Shown: one piece after another, positions 28,061-37,666 of the stretch | Numbering within the stretch: position 1 is the first letter of the stretch | Layout: the number at the start of each line of letters is the position of its first letter | The notes under the pieces: generated by a model | Seen by the model: only the letters and a program-made list of their open reading frames with translations | Databases searched by the model: none | Told to the model about the DNA's origin: nothing | Made by a program: the position numbers and the translations under genes | Virus record (IMG/VR): IMGVR_UViG_3300020042_005148 | Location: 1-46,559 of that record | Source of the DNA: a virus | Taxonomy: Duplodnaviria > Caudoviricetes | Length of the DNA: 46,559 bases | Strand: one strand, 5' to 3'

Positions 28061-28687
28061 TTAGACGCCAGTCGTCATCTTGTAGGCATGCGAATTGAGC
28101 ATCACCAGCCACCTGGCATAAGCTCCAAACGCATTTCCAGGGGTCTGAGCAAGACCAAGAAGTCGAACATCGAGACCGATGGTCGTGGCTTCAGAGGAGT
28201 TGTCCAGGATCGTGCTCGACACTACACCCGTATGGGCCGCAACAATCGTCAGATTGGCGTTCAAGCCAATCGCCGTCGCCGCCAGCGCCGTACCCGAACC
28301 GCCTTCCTGCACCTCGTAAATGAGGAACGGGTCGTCAGCAACGAGAGCGTAGTACTCCTTGGTCTTCACCTGAGGAGAGTACAGCTTCGTCAAATCATCC
28401 GGGTTGATCCAAGGACCTTTCGGACCCGTACCAACAGCCAGAATTACGCCTACCGGACCACCACCATTGATGCCCGAGCCGCCCGCTGCATCGCCCGCAG
28501 CAAACTTCGTGCAACCAGGAATGCCGTTCGCATCACCAGTACCACTCAGTTTCACCACATCGCCAATGTGGTAAGAGCTAGTCGAGTCCGACGAGATAAT
28601 GTGATACACATTACCCCTGCCGTCAAAGTCACCTGCGATCAGGCTCTTGACTGGCTTCAGGCCCCATGGCCGATTTGTGTTCGCCAT
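28061..28687 (-). CDS. Capsid cement/decoration protein
   Basis: MAN.N.PWGLKPV, GDVVKL, VADDP..YEVQ; immediately upstream of MCP. Confidence 0.7.
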   Translation of the reverse strand: MANTNRPWGLKPVKSLIAGDFDGRGNVYHIISSDSTSSYHIGDVVKLSGTGDANGIPGCTKFAAGDAAGGSGINGGGPVGVILAVGTGPKGPWINPDDLTKLYSPQVKTKEYYALVADDPFLIYEVQEGGSGTALAATAIGLNANLTIVAAHTGVVSSTILDNSSEATTIGLDVRLLGLAQTPGNAFGAYARWLVMLNSHAYKMTTGV

Positions 28688-28715
28688 CAGAGTTCTCCAA
28701 AGTTAAGAGGTTTGG

Positions 28716-29204
28716 TCATTTCGACCCTTTTCGAGTAGGCCGGTTGAGAAGTGCAGTCTTGATGTAAGCCTGCCCCCTATCCGAAGCCGATTGCTTTTCG
28801 CTGCCCGCAATGTGTTCATCCTGAAAGATGGACGACATCGTGTCAGCGTTTCTCTTTTCGAGTACCTGTTGATCTTCCTGCCACCACTCAAGCTTGATCT
28901 TCATGAGATTCAAGTGCTCAGCGTGGCCGTTCTCACCCGTACCACCGACTACGCGAATGTTCGTGCCCAGGTCGGCGTTGCCAGAGATTGTCTTATCCGT
29001 TCCCACACCAAACTGGTAGAGCGGAACCTCGTCTTCCTTGACCATCTCGTAGCCCCCCTGAATGGCGCGCGGCACATTCTTATCGAGGAACCAGTGGAGA
29101 TGGTAACCAGGAAGATCGGGCACTTCCAGTTTACGCTGCGGAATTGACATAGGAACACGCTTGCGTGCCGCCGTGTCAGTCTTTACGGGTGTCTTCGTAT
29201 CCAT
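28716..29204 (-). CDS. Conserved head-module protein
   Basis: PGYHLHW, GYEMV, LMKI..EWW.ED; between scaffold and cement genes. Confidence 0.6.
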   Translation of the reverse strand: MDTKTPVKTDTAARKRVPMSIPQRKLEVPDLPGYHLHWFLDKNVPRAIQGGYEMVKEDEVPLYQFGVGTDKTISGNADLGTNIRVVGGTGENGHAEHLNLMKIKLEWWQEDQQVLEKRNADTMSSIFQDEHIAGSEKQSASDRGQAYIKTALLNRPTRKGSK

Positions 29205-29206
29205 GT

Positions 29207-30004
29207 TTATTCCTCAAAGAACTTCGTGACGTAGTGCTTACGCCACTCGGTGATTGTCTTAAATGCCCTACCCTCTCCCACCACGCGATTGGCCTGCCGC
29301 TCGCAGGCATCCTTCGCTTCTTGGGGGAGTTCGTTGTAGGACTTCCCACCCTTACCACCGCCAGCCGATCCCCGAGCGTCTCCTTCCACCTTGGAAGGAC
29401 TCTCCCTCCGAGACCCACCAAGCATCGCGTTCAGCTCCTCGCTGACCTTGTCGTAGAAGTCCCTTCCGAGAGACTTCTCGCCACTCTCACGAAGCTCCTG
29501 TGCGATGCCCAAGGCCAACGCAGTGCGCCGCTTGTCCTGGCCAAACCAGTTATTCTCCTCTTTCCATGCGAGGAAATCTGGATGCTCCTTAGTCGGCTCT
29601 TCAGGCTTCTTGGGTGTCGGCGGCAACTCCGCCTCTTTCAACACCCTCTTCGTTTCTTCCAGCTTTTCTCGAATGTCTTCTTCCGCGTCAACATCACCAA
29701 CAGCCCGCGCCTCTTTCAGTGCCTCTTTCAGCTCTGTATGCTGGGCCTTGACTTCTTTGATCGCGGCTTTGCTGGTTGTCTCTTTCAGCGCTTCGATGGC
29801 ATCCGTAGCAGCAGCCAGCTGGGTTTCAAGCTGAGAAATCTTCTCGCTCTGCTTTCTGGTCGTTGCCTTCAGCAGCGGCATCAACTCCTCACCCCGCCGA
29901 ACGAACTCTTCCGCGTCGATCCACTTATCAGGATCTCCACGGAAGCCCTCCTTCGGTACCCAACCAAGGTCTTTCGCCTTGACTTCAACTTCATTGGTGC
30001 TCAT
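29207..30004 (-). CDS. Capsid scaffolding protein
   Basis: A..LGWVPKE.F.GDPDKW.DAEEFV, long coiled coil, W.EEN.WF; start probably MSTNEV. Confidence 0.7.
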   Translation of the reverse strand: MSTNEVEVKAKDLGWVPKEGFRGDPDKWIDAEEFVRRGEELMPLLKATTRKQSEKISQLETQLAAATDAIEALKETTSKAAIKEVKAQHTELKEALKEARAVGDVDAEEDIREKLEETKRVLKEAELPPTPKKPEEPTKEHPDFLAWKEENNWFGQDKRRTALALGIAQELRESGEKSLGRDFYDKVSEELNAMLGGSRRESPSKVEGDARGSAGGGKGGKSYNELPQEAKDACERQANRVVGEGRAFKTITEWRKHYVTKFFEE

Positions 30005-30315
30005 GTTTCTACCTCGATAGCGCAATAAATGTCTCTGTCATTCACCAGGCGGTACTTCTGCCCATCCTTAGTCCCAGTGGCAATCGCCCCCGCGAACTTC
30101 GAAATAAGCACCTTATCGCCTGGCTTCGCCCTCGGTTCCGGTTCATCTTCCCAAGCCACGGGACCAGCCTCAACTACAACAGCCCGCGTTTCCACCATCG
30201 CGGAGCGCTCGGCTACGGTCTCAGGCATGATCAGCACGGACTTCTTGATCTCCGGTTCGTAAGGCTGGACGAGTACTGCTCGCCCTAACGGTTTCAGACC
30301 TGACTCATTATTCAT
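30001..30315 (-). CDS. GroES-like co-chaperonin
   Basis: LKPLGRAVLV, VVEAGP, KPGDKVLISKFAG, YRLVNDRDI. Confidence 0.85.
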   Translation of the reverse strand: MNNESGLKPLGRAVLVQPYEPEIKKSVLIMPETVAERSAMVETRAVVVEAGPVAWEDEPEPRAKPGDKVLISKFAGAIATGTKDGQKYRLVNDRDIYCAIEVET

Positions 30316-30559
30316 CGGACAGAACCTCGAATAGCTTATCGTAATCTAACTCGATCAAATCTTGGAGCAGTGTGACCTGCCCCAACGCTCCCACGTTAGC
30401 CAGCAAGGACTCATCCCGGCTGGCCGCCTGGAAGTTCCCCGCCGCCCATTGCTCCTTCAAGCTCTCCCTCCATTTCTGGAGAACCTCCTGGTGTGCCTGA
30501 GTTACCGGGTGGGAGAGCCATTCCAGGAACTGCTCCTCCGTTGGGATTTGCTTCATTGT
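30308..30559 (-). CDS. Small head-module protein
   Basis: F.EWLSHPVT motif; overlaps the low-complexity portal tail; start uncertain (30559 or 30568). Confidence 0.6.
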   Translation of the reverse strand, partial: TMKQIPTEEQFLEWLSHPVTQAHQEVLQKWRESLKEQWAAGNFQAASRDESLLANVGALGQVTLLQDLIELDYDKLFEVLSDE

Positions 30560-32537
30560 CTTCACCACTCATTCTTTCAAGTCGCTCGTTCACCATCGAG
30601 TTATGCACTTCGATAGTTTTGATAGCGGTATCAAGGTACTTGAGTTGCAGCTCAACATCCTTTCCACCGCCTTCCTTCATGAGCTTGTAGGCCTGTGCCT
30701 GCAGAGCCATGATCTTCGCTGTGTTCAAGCGTGCATCTTCAAGCAACTGTGCCTGGAACTTCATCTTGTCTAGCTGAAGTTCTGCTTGCTTGATCTGCAG
30801 CTTGCCCTGCTCAACTTGTGCCTGAGGGTTCGGGGGCGGCGGCATCTTCTGCGGCCCAGGATAGAATTCATCAATCCCATCAACCCGCATAGACCGGAGG
30901 AAGTTCTTCTCGACAACCTCTTGGTTGTAGCCGGGGACCTGCATAGCCGCCTGTCGGATCATCGTGGCCTGCTGCATTCGGGCTGCCGCCGAGGTCACAT
31001 TCGGATCAGCCACAGGCACCACATGGTCGGGGTTGCTGGAGTAATCCTCCCGCCGAATCTCTTGGCCCTTCGAACCGAACTGTACCTTGGCAGGAAGGAA
31101 CGTCGCGTTGAGCGCATGGAGCTTCTTAAACTCCTCCTTCATCGACCGCCAGACTCGCTTGAAGATCACGTTGTAGATCTGCATACCCTGTTCCAGGGTG
31201 TTGCGAGAAGTCTCCGCCGGGGTGTTCTGTCCAGGGGTAATGCCCACCATGATGTCAGTCGAACCCGACATTCTCTCAGTGTATCCAATGAGGAGGTTCA
31301 GCAGCTGGAACATCACGGTAGATGGCTGACGCTCGGGGAAGGGGACCATGTTCTTTCGCAGGTCATCACCCGTAGAGTCAACCCGCTTCCATTCCCAAGG
31401 GGCCATCGTGTAGACGCCGCCGCGAATCTTCGCGCCGCGTCCCAGGAACCCGCCGACGGAATTCTGCATCGTGCCGGAGTCAAGCAACTGGTTGATGCCG
31501 CTATTCACCGCTTCGTTCAGCGGCCCAAGCAACACACCGAAGCCCACGTCGTAGATGCCGCCATCCGCTGAAGGGATAAAAGAGTACTTGGTGAAATACT
31601 CAGTTGGATGAATCCGCATGATCGTTCGGTCACGCTTGCGCTCGATATCCTCTTCCGTGTCGAAGCGAGCGACAATCCTCATGACCTTCTTCGACGACTC
31701 TTCAATCGTTACGATATAGGGTTCGGCGTAGCCGTCCTGATCTAGGTCCAACAACCGATGCTGTTCCAGCGTCTTGAAAGGGGTGTCGCCGTCACTCGGG
31801 GGTGGTGCCATACCCTGGCGGTTATCGACTTTCGGGTTGTTCTCGGGGCGTGTAGGGTTCGAGATGAACCACGCGGCCTCTAGGATTCCTCCATCAAAAA
31901 TCCCTCGCTGGCATCGCTCATATATCTCATTTCGATAGAGAGGCACCACATGGGTTTTTCGTGCGCAGGATTCGACTGACTTGGCGTAGTAGTCAAGAAC
32001 AAAATCTCTCGCCAGTACAAGCTCACTAACATTGTGTCCAAGCTTGGGAGAAAAATAGGTCTTAACGAAGTTGGTTCCGACGATTCCCAGATTGAGGAGA
32101 AGTCGGTCATGTTGCTCCTCCCATGCGCCATCCTCTTCCAGCACCTGCCAACTCATGTGCTTGGAGATTCGATCAGCACGTTGACGGAGTTCGCCAGTTG
32201 GATCCTCCCCCACAACACGATAGCGTACAACGTCAGTGCCTTGAATAATGTTGCTGTAAGAGCGTGCGCTGAATTGCAAAGCCGCGATCGTGATGAGGGG
32301 GAAGATTACATTTGAGCACCCTTGCCAGGGGAAGTTCTTGTCCTTTTGGATCTGCATGGCCAGGTCCATCCCGGCCTCCATCCTGCGTTCCCACGCCAGG
32401 CGAGATTGACGATCCCGGTCATACCCTTCCCATGCAAGAGCACCAATCCGAGAAAGGTCATCATCAGACAAGCGATCCATGAGGTTAGGTGCCTCCATGA
32501 AATCTTTGTTGATGGTGAGCTTCTTATCAAGGTTCAT
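30411..32537 (-). CDS. Portal protein
   Basis: 708 aa after TerL; KNFPWQGCSNV, Gln-rich C-terminal barrel helix. Confidence 0.85.
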   Translation of the reverse strand: MNLDKKLTINKDFMEAPNLMDRLSDDDLSRIGALAWEGYDRDRQSRLAWERRMEAGMDLAMQIQKDKNFPWQGCSNVIFPLITIAALQFSARSYSNIIQGTDVVRYRVVGEDPTGELRQRADRISKHMSWQVLEEDGAWEEQHDRLLLNLGIVGTNFVKTYFSPKLGHNVSELVLARDFVLDYYAKSVESCARKTHVVPLYRNEIYERCQRGIFDGGILEAAWFISNPTRPENNPKVDNRQGMAPPPSDGDTPFKTLEQHRLLDLDQDGYAEPYIVTIEESSKKVMRIVARFDTEEDIERKRDRTIMRIHPTEYFTKYSFIPSADGGIYDVGFGVLLGPLNEAVNSGINQLLDSGTMQNSVGGFLGRGAKIRGGVYTMAPWEWKRVDSTGDDLRKNMVPFPERQPSTVMFQLLNLLIGYTERMSGSTDIMVGITPGQNTPAETSRNTLEQGMQIYNVIFKRVWRSMKEEFKKLHALNATFLPAKVQFGSKGQEIRREDYSSNPDHVVPVADPNVTSAAARMQQATMIRQAAMQVPGYNQEVVEKNFLRSMRVDGIDEFYPGPQKMPPPPNPQAQVEQGKLQIKQAELQLDKMKFQAQLLEDARLNTAKIMALQAQAYKLMKEGGGKDVELQLKYLDTAIKTIEVHNSMVNERLERMSGEDNEANPNGGAVPGMALPPGNSGTPGGSPEMEGELEGAMGGGELPGGQPG

Positions 32538-32539
32538 GG

Positions 32540-33994
32540 TTAATACCCTGTAACATGGGAGCGACCATCGCCGCCTTTAAGCATTCCAGACACCTGAAGA
32601 AACTCTTCGTCTTCTTCAGAAAGCGAATCGTCTTCTTCCACTACGAAGCTCTCGAAGCCTCGGGAGAGCCATGCCGCCGAATCAAACTGATCGTCGAGCA
32701 AGGCTTCCGACTCGCCAGTAAATCGAAGGAGTTCCGCTTCGAAGTTAGGATACCACTCAGCATCCTTATCGAATCTGCATCCCCTAGCTCGCATACGCTT
32801 TTGAAGGGATCGACCACGGACTTTCTTGTCCTTAACTGGCATGAGCGGGACACACGAGATCCAGATATCCCGGCGGCGCATCTCCGCGGCCAGCACTGGC
32901 TGAATTGCTTTCCAGATAACTCCATCCTCCACCCAAAAAGTATCGGGGGACCAGCTTTTCTGGACAAGGAAGAACTCCTCGATGATTTCAGTCGTGTCCA
33001 TTCGACCAACCCGTTGATCGACGAAGTGAAGGATGTGGTTGGTGTCCTTGCCGCCGATGGTAAAGGAGGTTCGGTTGGCACTGTCGGCCTTCGAGATAGC
33101 GAAGTCAACACCCACACCATAGAGCTTGAAGGACTCGTGGTCCTCCTGGCTCATGGGGAGGAAGTCGTCTTTCTTGAGGAACGCATCTTCATGGTCGAAG
33201 GGATCGTTTAGGTATTCCTGGGAGTAGCCCGCGGCATCACCTTCATGGACGAACTCTTGGCGAATAGCCCGAAGGCGTGCTTCAGGAAACTTCTCCGGCC
33301 ACAAGATATTCGAGAAGTCATCGAACGACTCGTGGGCTTTGTAGACCCGCGACTTCCACGACTTGTTGTGAATGAGGTGGTTGAGAAGGGAATCTTCATG
33401 CAGGATCGTGCCGTGGGCACGAATCTTTCCTCCGTCACGCAGAGCCTGTTTACACGCTCGGAAGAACCAGCGACGGAACTTACGGCGACGATCTCGGTTC
33501 TCGACCTGTTCGTCGTCCTCAAGGTCGTCGCAGATGAGGAGGCCAGGACGATGACCATGCCACTTGCGACCGCGGATCTTTTGCTCAGCACCACGCGCCA
33601 GGAAACGGAACTCATGACCATCCTTGCAGCGAACGATAATGTCAGTTTTCTGGTCAGAGACGAACTTGTCGATCTTGAAGTCCCGAATGAGGTCTTCGTT
33701 CTCTCGAAGTTCGTTGGCGATGTCACCCAAGTGTTCAATCGCCATTTCTTCCGAAGAGCCTACCAGGATAATGTAGGACTCAACTCGGAAGAGGGCCGTA
33801 GCCAAACCATAGTCATGCGTCAACGCAGTGGACTTGGCGTGGTTACGTGGAGCGGCGAGAGAAACTGCCGGGGCTGGGTCACAGTAAAGTGCCCACGCCT
33901 CCCGATGGAAGTTGGGAGTTGGCTGCGGACGATCATAGCGAGGCGAGAGGTAAACTCCCGCGAACGCTTCGATCATTTCAGCCGTGAGTTCCAT
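32540..33994 (-). CDS. terL: Terminase large subunit
   Basis: APRNHAKST Walker A, LLICDDLE Walker B, GTIL, GVDFA and DDQFD nuclease acidic residues. Confidence 0.93.
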   Translation of the reverse strand: MELTAEMIEAFAGVYLSPRYDRPQPTPNFHREAWALYCDPAPAVSLAAPRNHAKSTALTHDYGLATALFRVESYIILVGSSEEMAIEHLGDIANELRENEDLIRDFKIDKFVSDQKTDIIVRCKDGHEFRFLARGAEQKIRGRKWHGHRPGLLICDDLEDDEQVENRDRRRKFRRWFFRACKQALRDGGKIRAHGTILHEDSLLNHLIHNKSWKSRVYKAHESFDDFSNILWPEKFPEARLRAIRQEFVHEGDAAGYSQEYLNDPFDHEDAFLKKDDFLPMSQEDHESFKLYGVGVDFAISKADSANRTSFTIGGKDTNHILHFVDQRVGRMDTTEIIEEFFLVQKSWSPDTFWVEDGVIWKAIQPVLAAEMRRRDIWISCVPLMPVKDKKVRGRSLQKRMRARGCRFDKDAEWYPNFEAELLRFTGESEALLDDQFDSAAWLSRGFESFVVEEDDSLSEEDEEFLQVSGMLKGGDGRSHVTGY

Positions 33995-34866
33995 CAGTAA
34001 ACACCAAAGAGAGTGTTGTACCAGGCTTCAACCAGGGCTATATCCTCTGCACCAGAAACAACCCCACGGAAAAGCATTCCATAGAGCTTGAAATCTGAAA
34101 ACTGATTTGGAGTAGCCGAGGAGCCTACGTACAGAGCACGACCATCCTGCCAAGTTCCTACAGCCTGAGGACCATCACCGTTGTTGGAAGTAGGTGCACC
34201 AAGAGATACACCATTCTTACGTGCCGTTACTGAAGGATTAGAACTGTAATCGTGAAGAGAAGTAAAAATGGCAGGGTCAAGATTGGGGAATACCAATGCG
34301 GAACTCCAACCAGGATAGGCCCTAACGGAGCCGCCTAAACTGATAGTGCAGTAATCTCCATTAGCCTGAGAACTCAACAACCAAGTTACATTGCCATCAG
34401 ATACACCATCACCAACCATCCACGGTCGGCCTAAAGTTGTACCGGGGCTTATAGTTTGGAAGGTTGTCAAGCCTGTCATCGAAGCAAGAGTTACACTGGC
34501 GGCAGAAAGGTTGGTGCCAACACCATCAAACTCAAGGTAATAGCGATTGCTCGCATCCTTACGGAGAATCGGTCTGCTTGCGCTGACAGATTGCAGGGCA
34601 TGCTTGTCGTTTCCGCTGAGGTCCTCCATACGTCCGACAGGGTCGCCAACAGCTACATTACCAGCGGTCCCATCGTAAGTCTGACAAAGGGAAGAAAGGT
34701 CGCTGGGATTATACCAAACACCAGCTTCACTGGCCGCAAATAGGCTCGCAGGTGTCCAAGCGGTAGTGGTAGCAGCGGCTGCGAGACCATCTGAACCAAT
34801 ACCGAAGAAGCCAGAATTAACCCCATCAGTAGGGGCAATTCCACTTCCTATACTAATACCCGTCAT
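33994..34866 (-). CDS. LamG/ConA-like virion appendage protein
   Basis: WTPASLF..GVWYNPSD..GDPVG..EDLSGN.KHA.Q...RP..YLEFDG pattern. Confidence 0.6.
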   Translation of the reverse strand: MTGISIGSGIAPTDGVNSGFFGIGSDGLAAAATTTAWTPASLFAASEAGVWYNPSDLSSLCQTYDGTAGNVAVGDPVGRMEDLSGNDKHALQSVSASRPILRKDASNRYYLEFDGVGTNLSAASVTLASMTGLTTFQTISPGTTLGRPWMVGDGVSDGNVTWLLSSQANGDYCTISLGGSVRAYPGWSSALVFPNLDPAIFTSLHDYSSNPSVTARKNGVSLGAPTSNNGDGPQAVGTWQDGRALYVGSSATPNQFSDFKLYGMLFRGVVSGAEDIALVEAWYNTLFGVY

Positions 34867-35384
34867 CTGCCCATACCCTGGAGGATGGCAAGAGTGGCCT
34901 TACCTGCAGTGTAGGAAGAGATTGCTAGACGAATTGCTCGAGGAGGATAAGCGTAGTTGCCATCCTGACGATCGGTTTTCGCCGCAACGTCTTCATGAGT
35001 AAAGATACGCAGGGACTTGGCTTTAGCCGCAGCGGCGGTAGGTCCACTGTTTGCAACCGTATATGTGTAGGCATTGGCACTGGTTACAGTAACAGTCTTG
35101 GTTCCGTCGAGGTTAGACGAGCCAGAGCTTTCGACAATAACCGAGTCCCCAGTGTTGAGGCCATGGTCTGGGTCGGTAACGGTCGCCGTCGTAGTCGAGC
35201 GAGCGATTGAGATATCCCGAGCGTTCGTAGTCGGGTCATCGAAGGTGTGCTGGACGCTGTACGTGAGGTTGCCGTCGGAGCTGAGGGTAACGGCGAAGCC
35301 AATGCCAAAGGCGTTCTGGAGGTAGTTAATCGGAATCCAGGGGCTGGCTCCTGCTGCACCCAGTGTCACATAAATCGGTCTCAT
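34863..35384 (-). CDS. Structural protein with FCCH-like beta insert
   Basis: YSVQHTFDD..RAIRL frame with inserted ATVT..HGL.TGD.V..G module; AGGAG RBS. Confidence 0.55.
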   Translation of the reverse strand: MRPIYVTLGAAGASPWIPINYLQNAFGIGFAVTLSSDGNLTYSVQHTFDDPTTNARDISIARSTTTATVTDPDHGLNTGDSVIVESSGSSNLDGTKTVTVTSANAYTYTVANSGPTAAAAKAKSLRIFTHEDVAAKTDRQDGNYAYPPRAIRLAISSYTAGKATLAILQGMGR

Positions 35385-35550
35385 GCTGGCGACTCCTGAG
35401 AGCTCAGTGTAGCGGAGAGCTCAGTGAAAAGAGAGAGAAAGAGGTTTGGCGAGGAATGGTTGTGCCGCCGAGTGCAGAGGCAAAGTCTGAGAGCAGAAGA
35501 AGCGGAAAGCTTTTCGGAAGAAGAAAAGAGAAGAGAAGAGGCTGGCGGCA

Positions 35551-36273
35551 TCACGTGTAGAAGTCCGGCGATTTGCTCTTCGTAGCCATGTTGGTCGACT
35601 GATAGTGTAAGTCGATGCACGGGGCGAACACACTGCCAGAGACATCCGAGGGGCCGCCGGTAGGGGCCACACGGGTCACTTTGACCAGGATCAGCCCGTC
35701 AACCTCTAGCCCCGCGATGGTCTCTGCCGCCGACTCCGCGATCATGTGGGTGTAGGCGGCGGCATTCTGGACTTGCTGTGCGAACGTAGCGGCAGCCGTG
35801 GTGGGGAAAGCGGCTTGGTTGTGGCCCTTCGAATAGATGTAGTTGAATGTCCAGCGGGTGCTGCCGCCGGCGGTCTGCGCCCCGAACCAATGAACGTGGA
35901 AGTAGACGGGGGTCCCAGGGACGTAGTCATGGGGGAGGTGAAAGGTGTAGAACTGGTAGTCATTCGTTGCGAAGGACCAGGTGAAGATGCCGCTCGACGC
36001 GATCTGCACCCAGGACGGGCGGCCACTCCCAACCGTCGGCTCCTGCGGCGTACCCAGGATATCCCGCCAACCAAACGTCGGATCGGCCAGCTCTACCTTG
36101 ATCCCCACCCCAGAGGTCTTCGGCAGGATCAGCCCACTCTCAAACTTCCCAGCACCCAGCTCGGCGAAGTTCTCGTTGACCTTGCCCATTGCAGTGCGGG
36201 CGTTGTCCCCCGAAGGATCGTGCATGTGCACGTCTAGGGGATCGGCGCTTACATCTACAACCTGCAGGACCAT
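35551..36273 (-). CDS. Putative fibre/appendage protein
   Basis: GDNARTAMGKVNENFAEL anchor-like N-terminus; FHLPHDY..HVHW beta domain. Confidence 0.55.
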   Translation of the reverse strand: MVLQVVDVSADPLDVHMHDPSGDNARTAMGKVNENFAELGAGKFESGLILPKTSGVGIKVELADPTFGWRDILGTPQEPTVGSGRPSWVQIASSGIFTWSFATNDYQFYTFHLPHDYVPGTPVYFHVHWFGAQTAGGSTRWTFNYIYSKGHNQAAFPTTAAATFAQQVQNAAAYTHMIAESAAETIAGLEVDGLILVKVTRVAPTGGPSDVSGSVFAPCIDLHYQSTNMATKSKSPDFYT

Positions 36274-36438
36274 TTACTTCCCCAACCCTTCCGTCGCGAG
36301 TTGATGCCGCTGGCGGGTCGGGTTGGCGTCCGTGGGAGGCTTCTGGCCACCATCGGAGGTCGGCGGCGTTGCCGCCTTGTGCCGTGTCGAGTCGTTCGGC
36401 GTGGGCCCTTGGCCCGGTGACTTACCCTTGGGAAGCAT
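36274..36438 (-). CDS. Small basic Pro/Gly-rich protein
   Basis: GAAGGAG RBS before ATG 36438; abuts the next gene. Confidence 0.45.
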   Translation of the reverse strand: MLPKGKSPGQGPTPNDSTRHKAATPPTSDGGQKPPTDANPTRQRHQLATEGLGK

Positions 36439-36943
36439 CGAGTTCTCCTTCAATCGCTTCGACCTTTTTCGCACGAAGCAGCTCGGTGAGCCGCTCGCCT
36501 AGGACGTTCAGGTGAACGTGCATTTCTTGGGTAGGGACCGGCGGCACCATATCCCGGGCTCCGTAACCCGCCGCGCGGGCTGAGAGTTCGAGGGTGCGCA
36601 GGGCGAGGTTGTCGGGGATAGATGCCGCCGGTCGATTTAACTTCTCGCGGAGGATGTCAAGGGACCGTGCAACCAGGCCCTTGAACTGTTCCTCTATAGT
36701 CGCCCGAATTGTCGGGTCAACCAGCTCGTCCTTCCGTTCTGCGAGACGAACCTGGAAGGCGTCTGAAGAGATGATCTGGGAAACCCAGGATTGGGAGTAG
36801 CCGAAGTGGGCGGCGAGCTGACCCTGGGAGATGCCGGGATTGGTGATGATCAAGTCGATCATCCCATCGTGGGTGTAGCGGACCTTGGCGATGCCGCCCC
36901 TCACAGGGGTCGCTTCCACCATCAGGGCATCCAGATCTTCCAC
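36422..36943 (-). CDS. Putative terminase small subunit (HTH)
   Basis: HTH SQGQLAAHFGYSQSWVSQII; first late gene; AGGAG RBS before GTG 36943. Confidence 0.6.
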   Translation of the reverse strand: MEDLDALMVEATPVRGGIAKVRYTHDGMIDLIITNPGISQGQLAAHFGYSQSWVSQIISSDAFQVRLAERKDELVDPTIRATIEEQFKGLVARSLDILREKLNRPAASIPDNLALRTLELSARAAGYGARDMVPPVPTQEMHVHLNVLGERLTELLRAKKVEAIEGELDASQG

Positions 36944-36987
36944 ACGAACTCCTGCGGCCAAGGCGGGCGGCTTTCCAATCACCCTCG

Positions 36988-37016
36988 ATTTTCCCGCGTG
37001 TGAGACCCCATGTCAA
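36988..37016 (-). promoter_or_regulatory. Sigma70-like promoter for the late arm
   Basis: TTGACA-17 nt-GAAAAT on the minus strand. Confidence 0.55.
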
Positions 37017-37527
37017 GCCCTGACGGGTCAAAAGCCCCGGTATTTTTCCAAGGATTTCAAAACCAGGTGGGATTTGTGGGCGGGTATTGCTGGGGATATG
37101 TGGACATGGAATGCCGCCGGGGGCGCTATAGAAGGAGAGCCAGGAATGCCACCAAACAAACCACGGCGGCCCGAGCCGTGAGCTGACCCGGTTCCCGTAT
37201 GGGGGTGGCGGGTCGGCGGAAAGCCCGTCTGAAGCCACCACAATGCGTTGTTTGACCACAAATCATCCCAGGATTCGCCATATACGGACGGGTATTCCAC
37301 GGGATATCCGTCCACACTATTACCGGACTTTGAGCGCAGGGAAGAGGGTTTAGCCCACTTTGGCTAGTTGAATGTTTCCCCCCACCGGGGGGCGCTGCGG
37401 TGTGTTACTCAGGTACATCACCACACCAGCGGTCCACCAGCCCAGTGGTCCACCAGCCCACACACCCGCACAGCTTGGATTGGGTATCAGTCGCATCGGC
37501 CCTTGGGGTTCGGCCAGCGCCGGGGAT

Positions 37528-37545
37528 ATGCAAGGCGCGTGCCAA
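37528..37545 (-). promoter_or_regulatory. Sigma54 (-24/-12) consensus site
   Basis: Minus strand reads TTGGCACGCGCCTTGCAT = TGGCAC-N5-TTGCA. Confidence 0.65.
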
Positions 37546-37666
37546 GCTTGGGGTTCGGCGTGGTCGGCGGCATTGCGGAAAGTACGTATACCATCCTGGC
37601 AGCGACCGGCGTACATTGACACTGTGGCCAGCGGGAATTCCCCCGCACCATCAACGGAGACTCACA

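Noticed and set aside
27080-28738. 552-aa plus-strand ORF and other long antisense ORFs (17882, 19034, 29165, 30786)
   Set aside because: Antisense shadows of codon-biased genes, with no motifs or RBS
30411-30568. Portal overlap as a frameshift or sequencing error
   Set aside because: The overlapping portal tail is low-complexity Gly/Pro sequence and the downstream gene has its own RBS
37000-37660. tRNA or known ncRNA in the large intergenic region
   Set aside because: GGTTCG occurs but no cloverleaf with acceptor stem could be built
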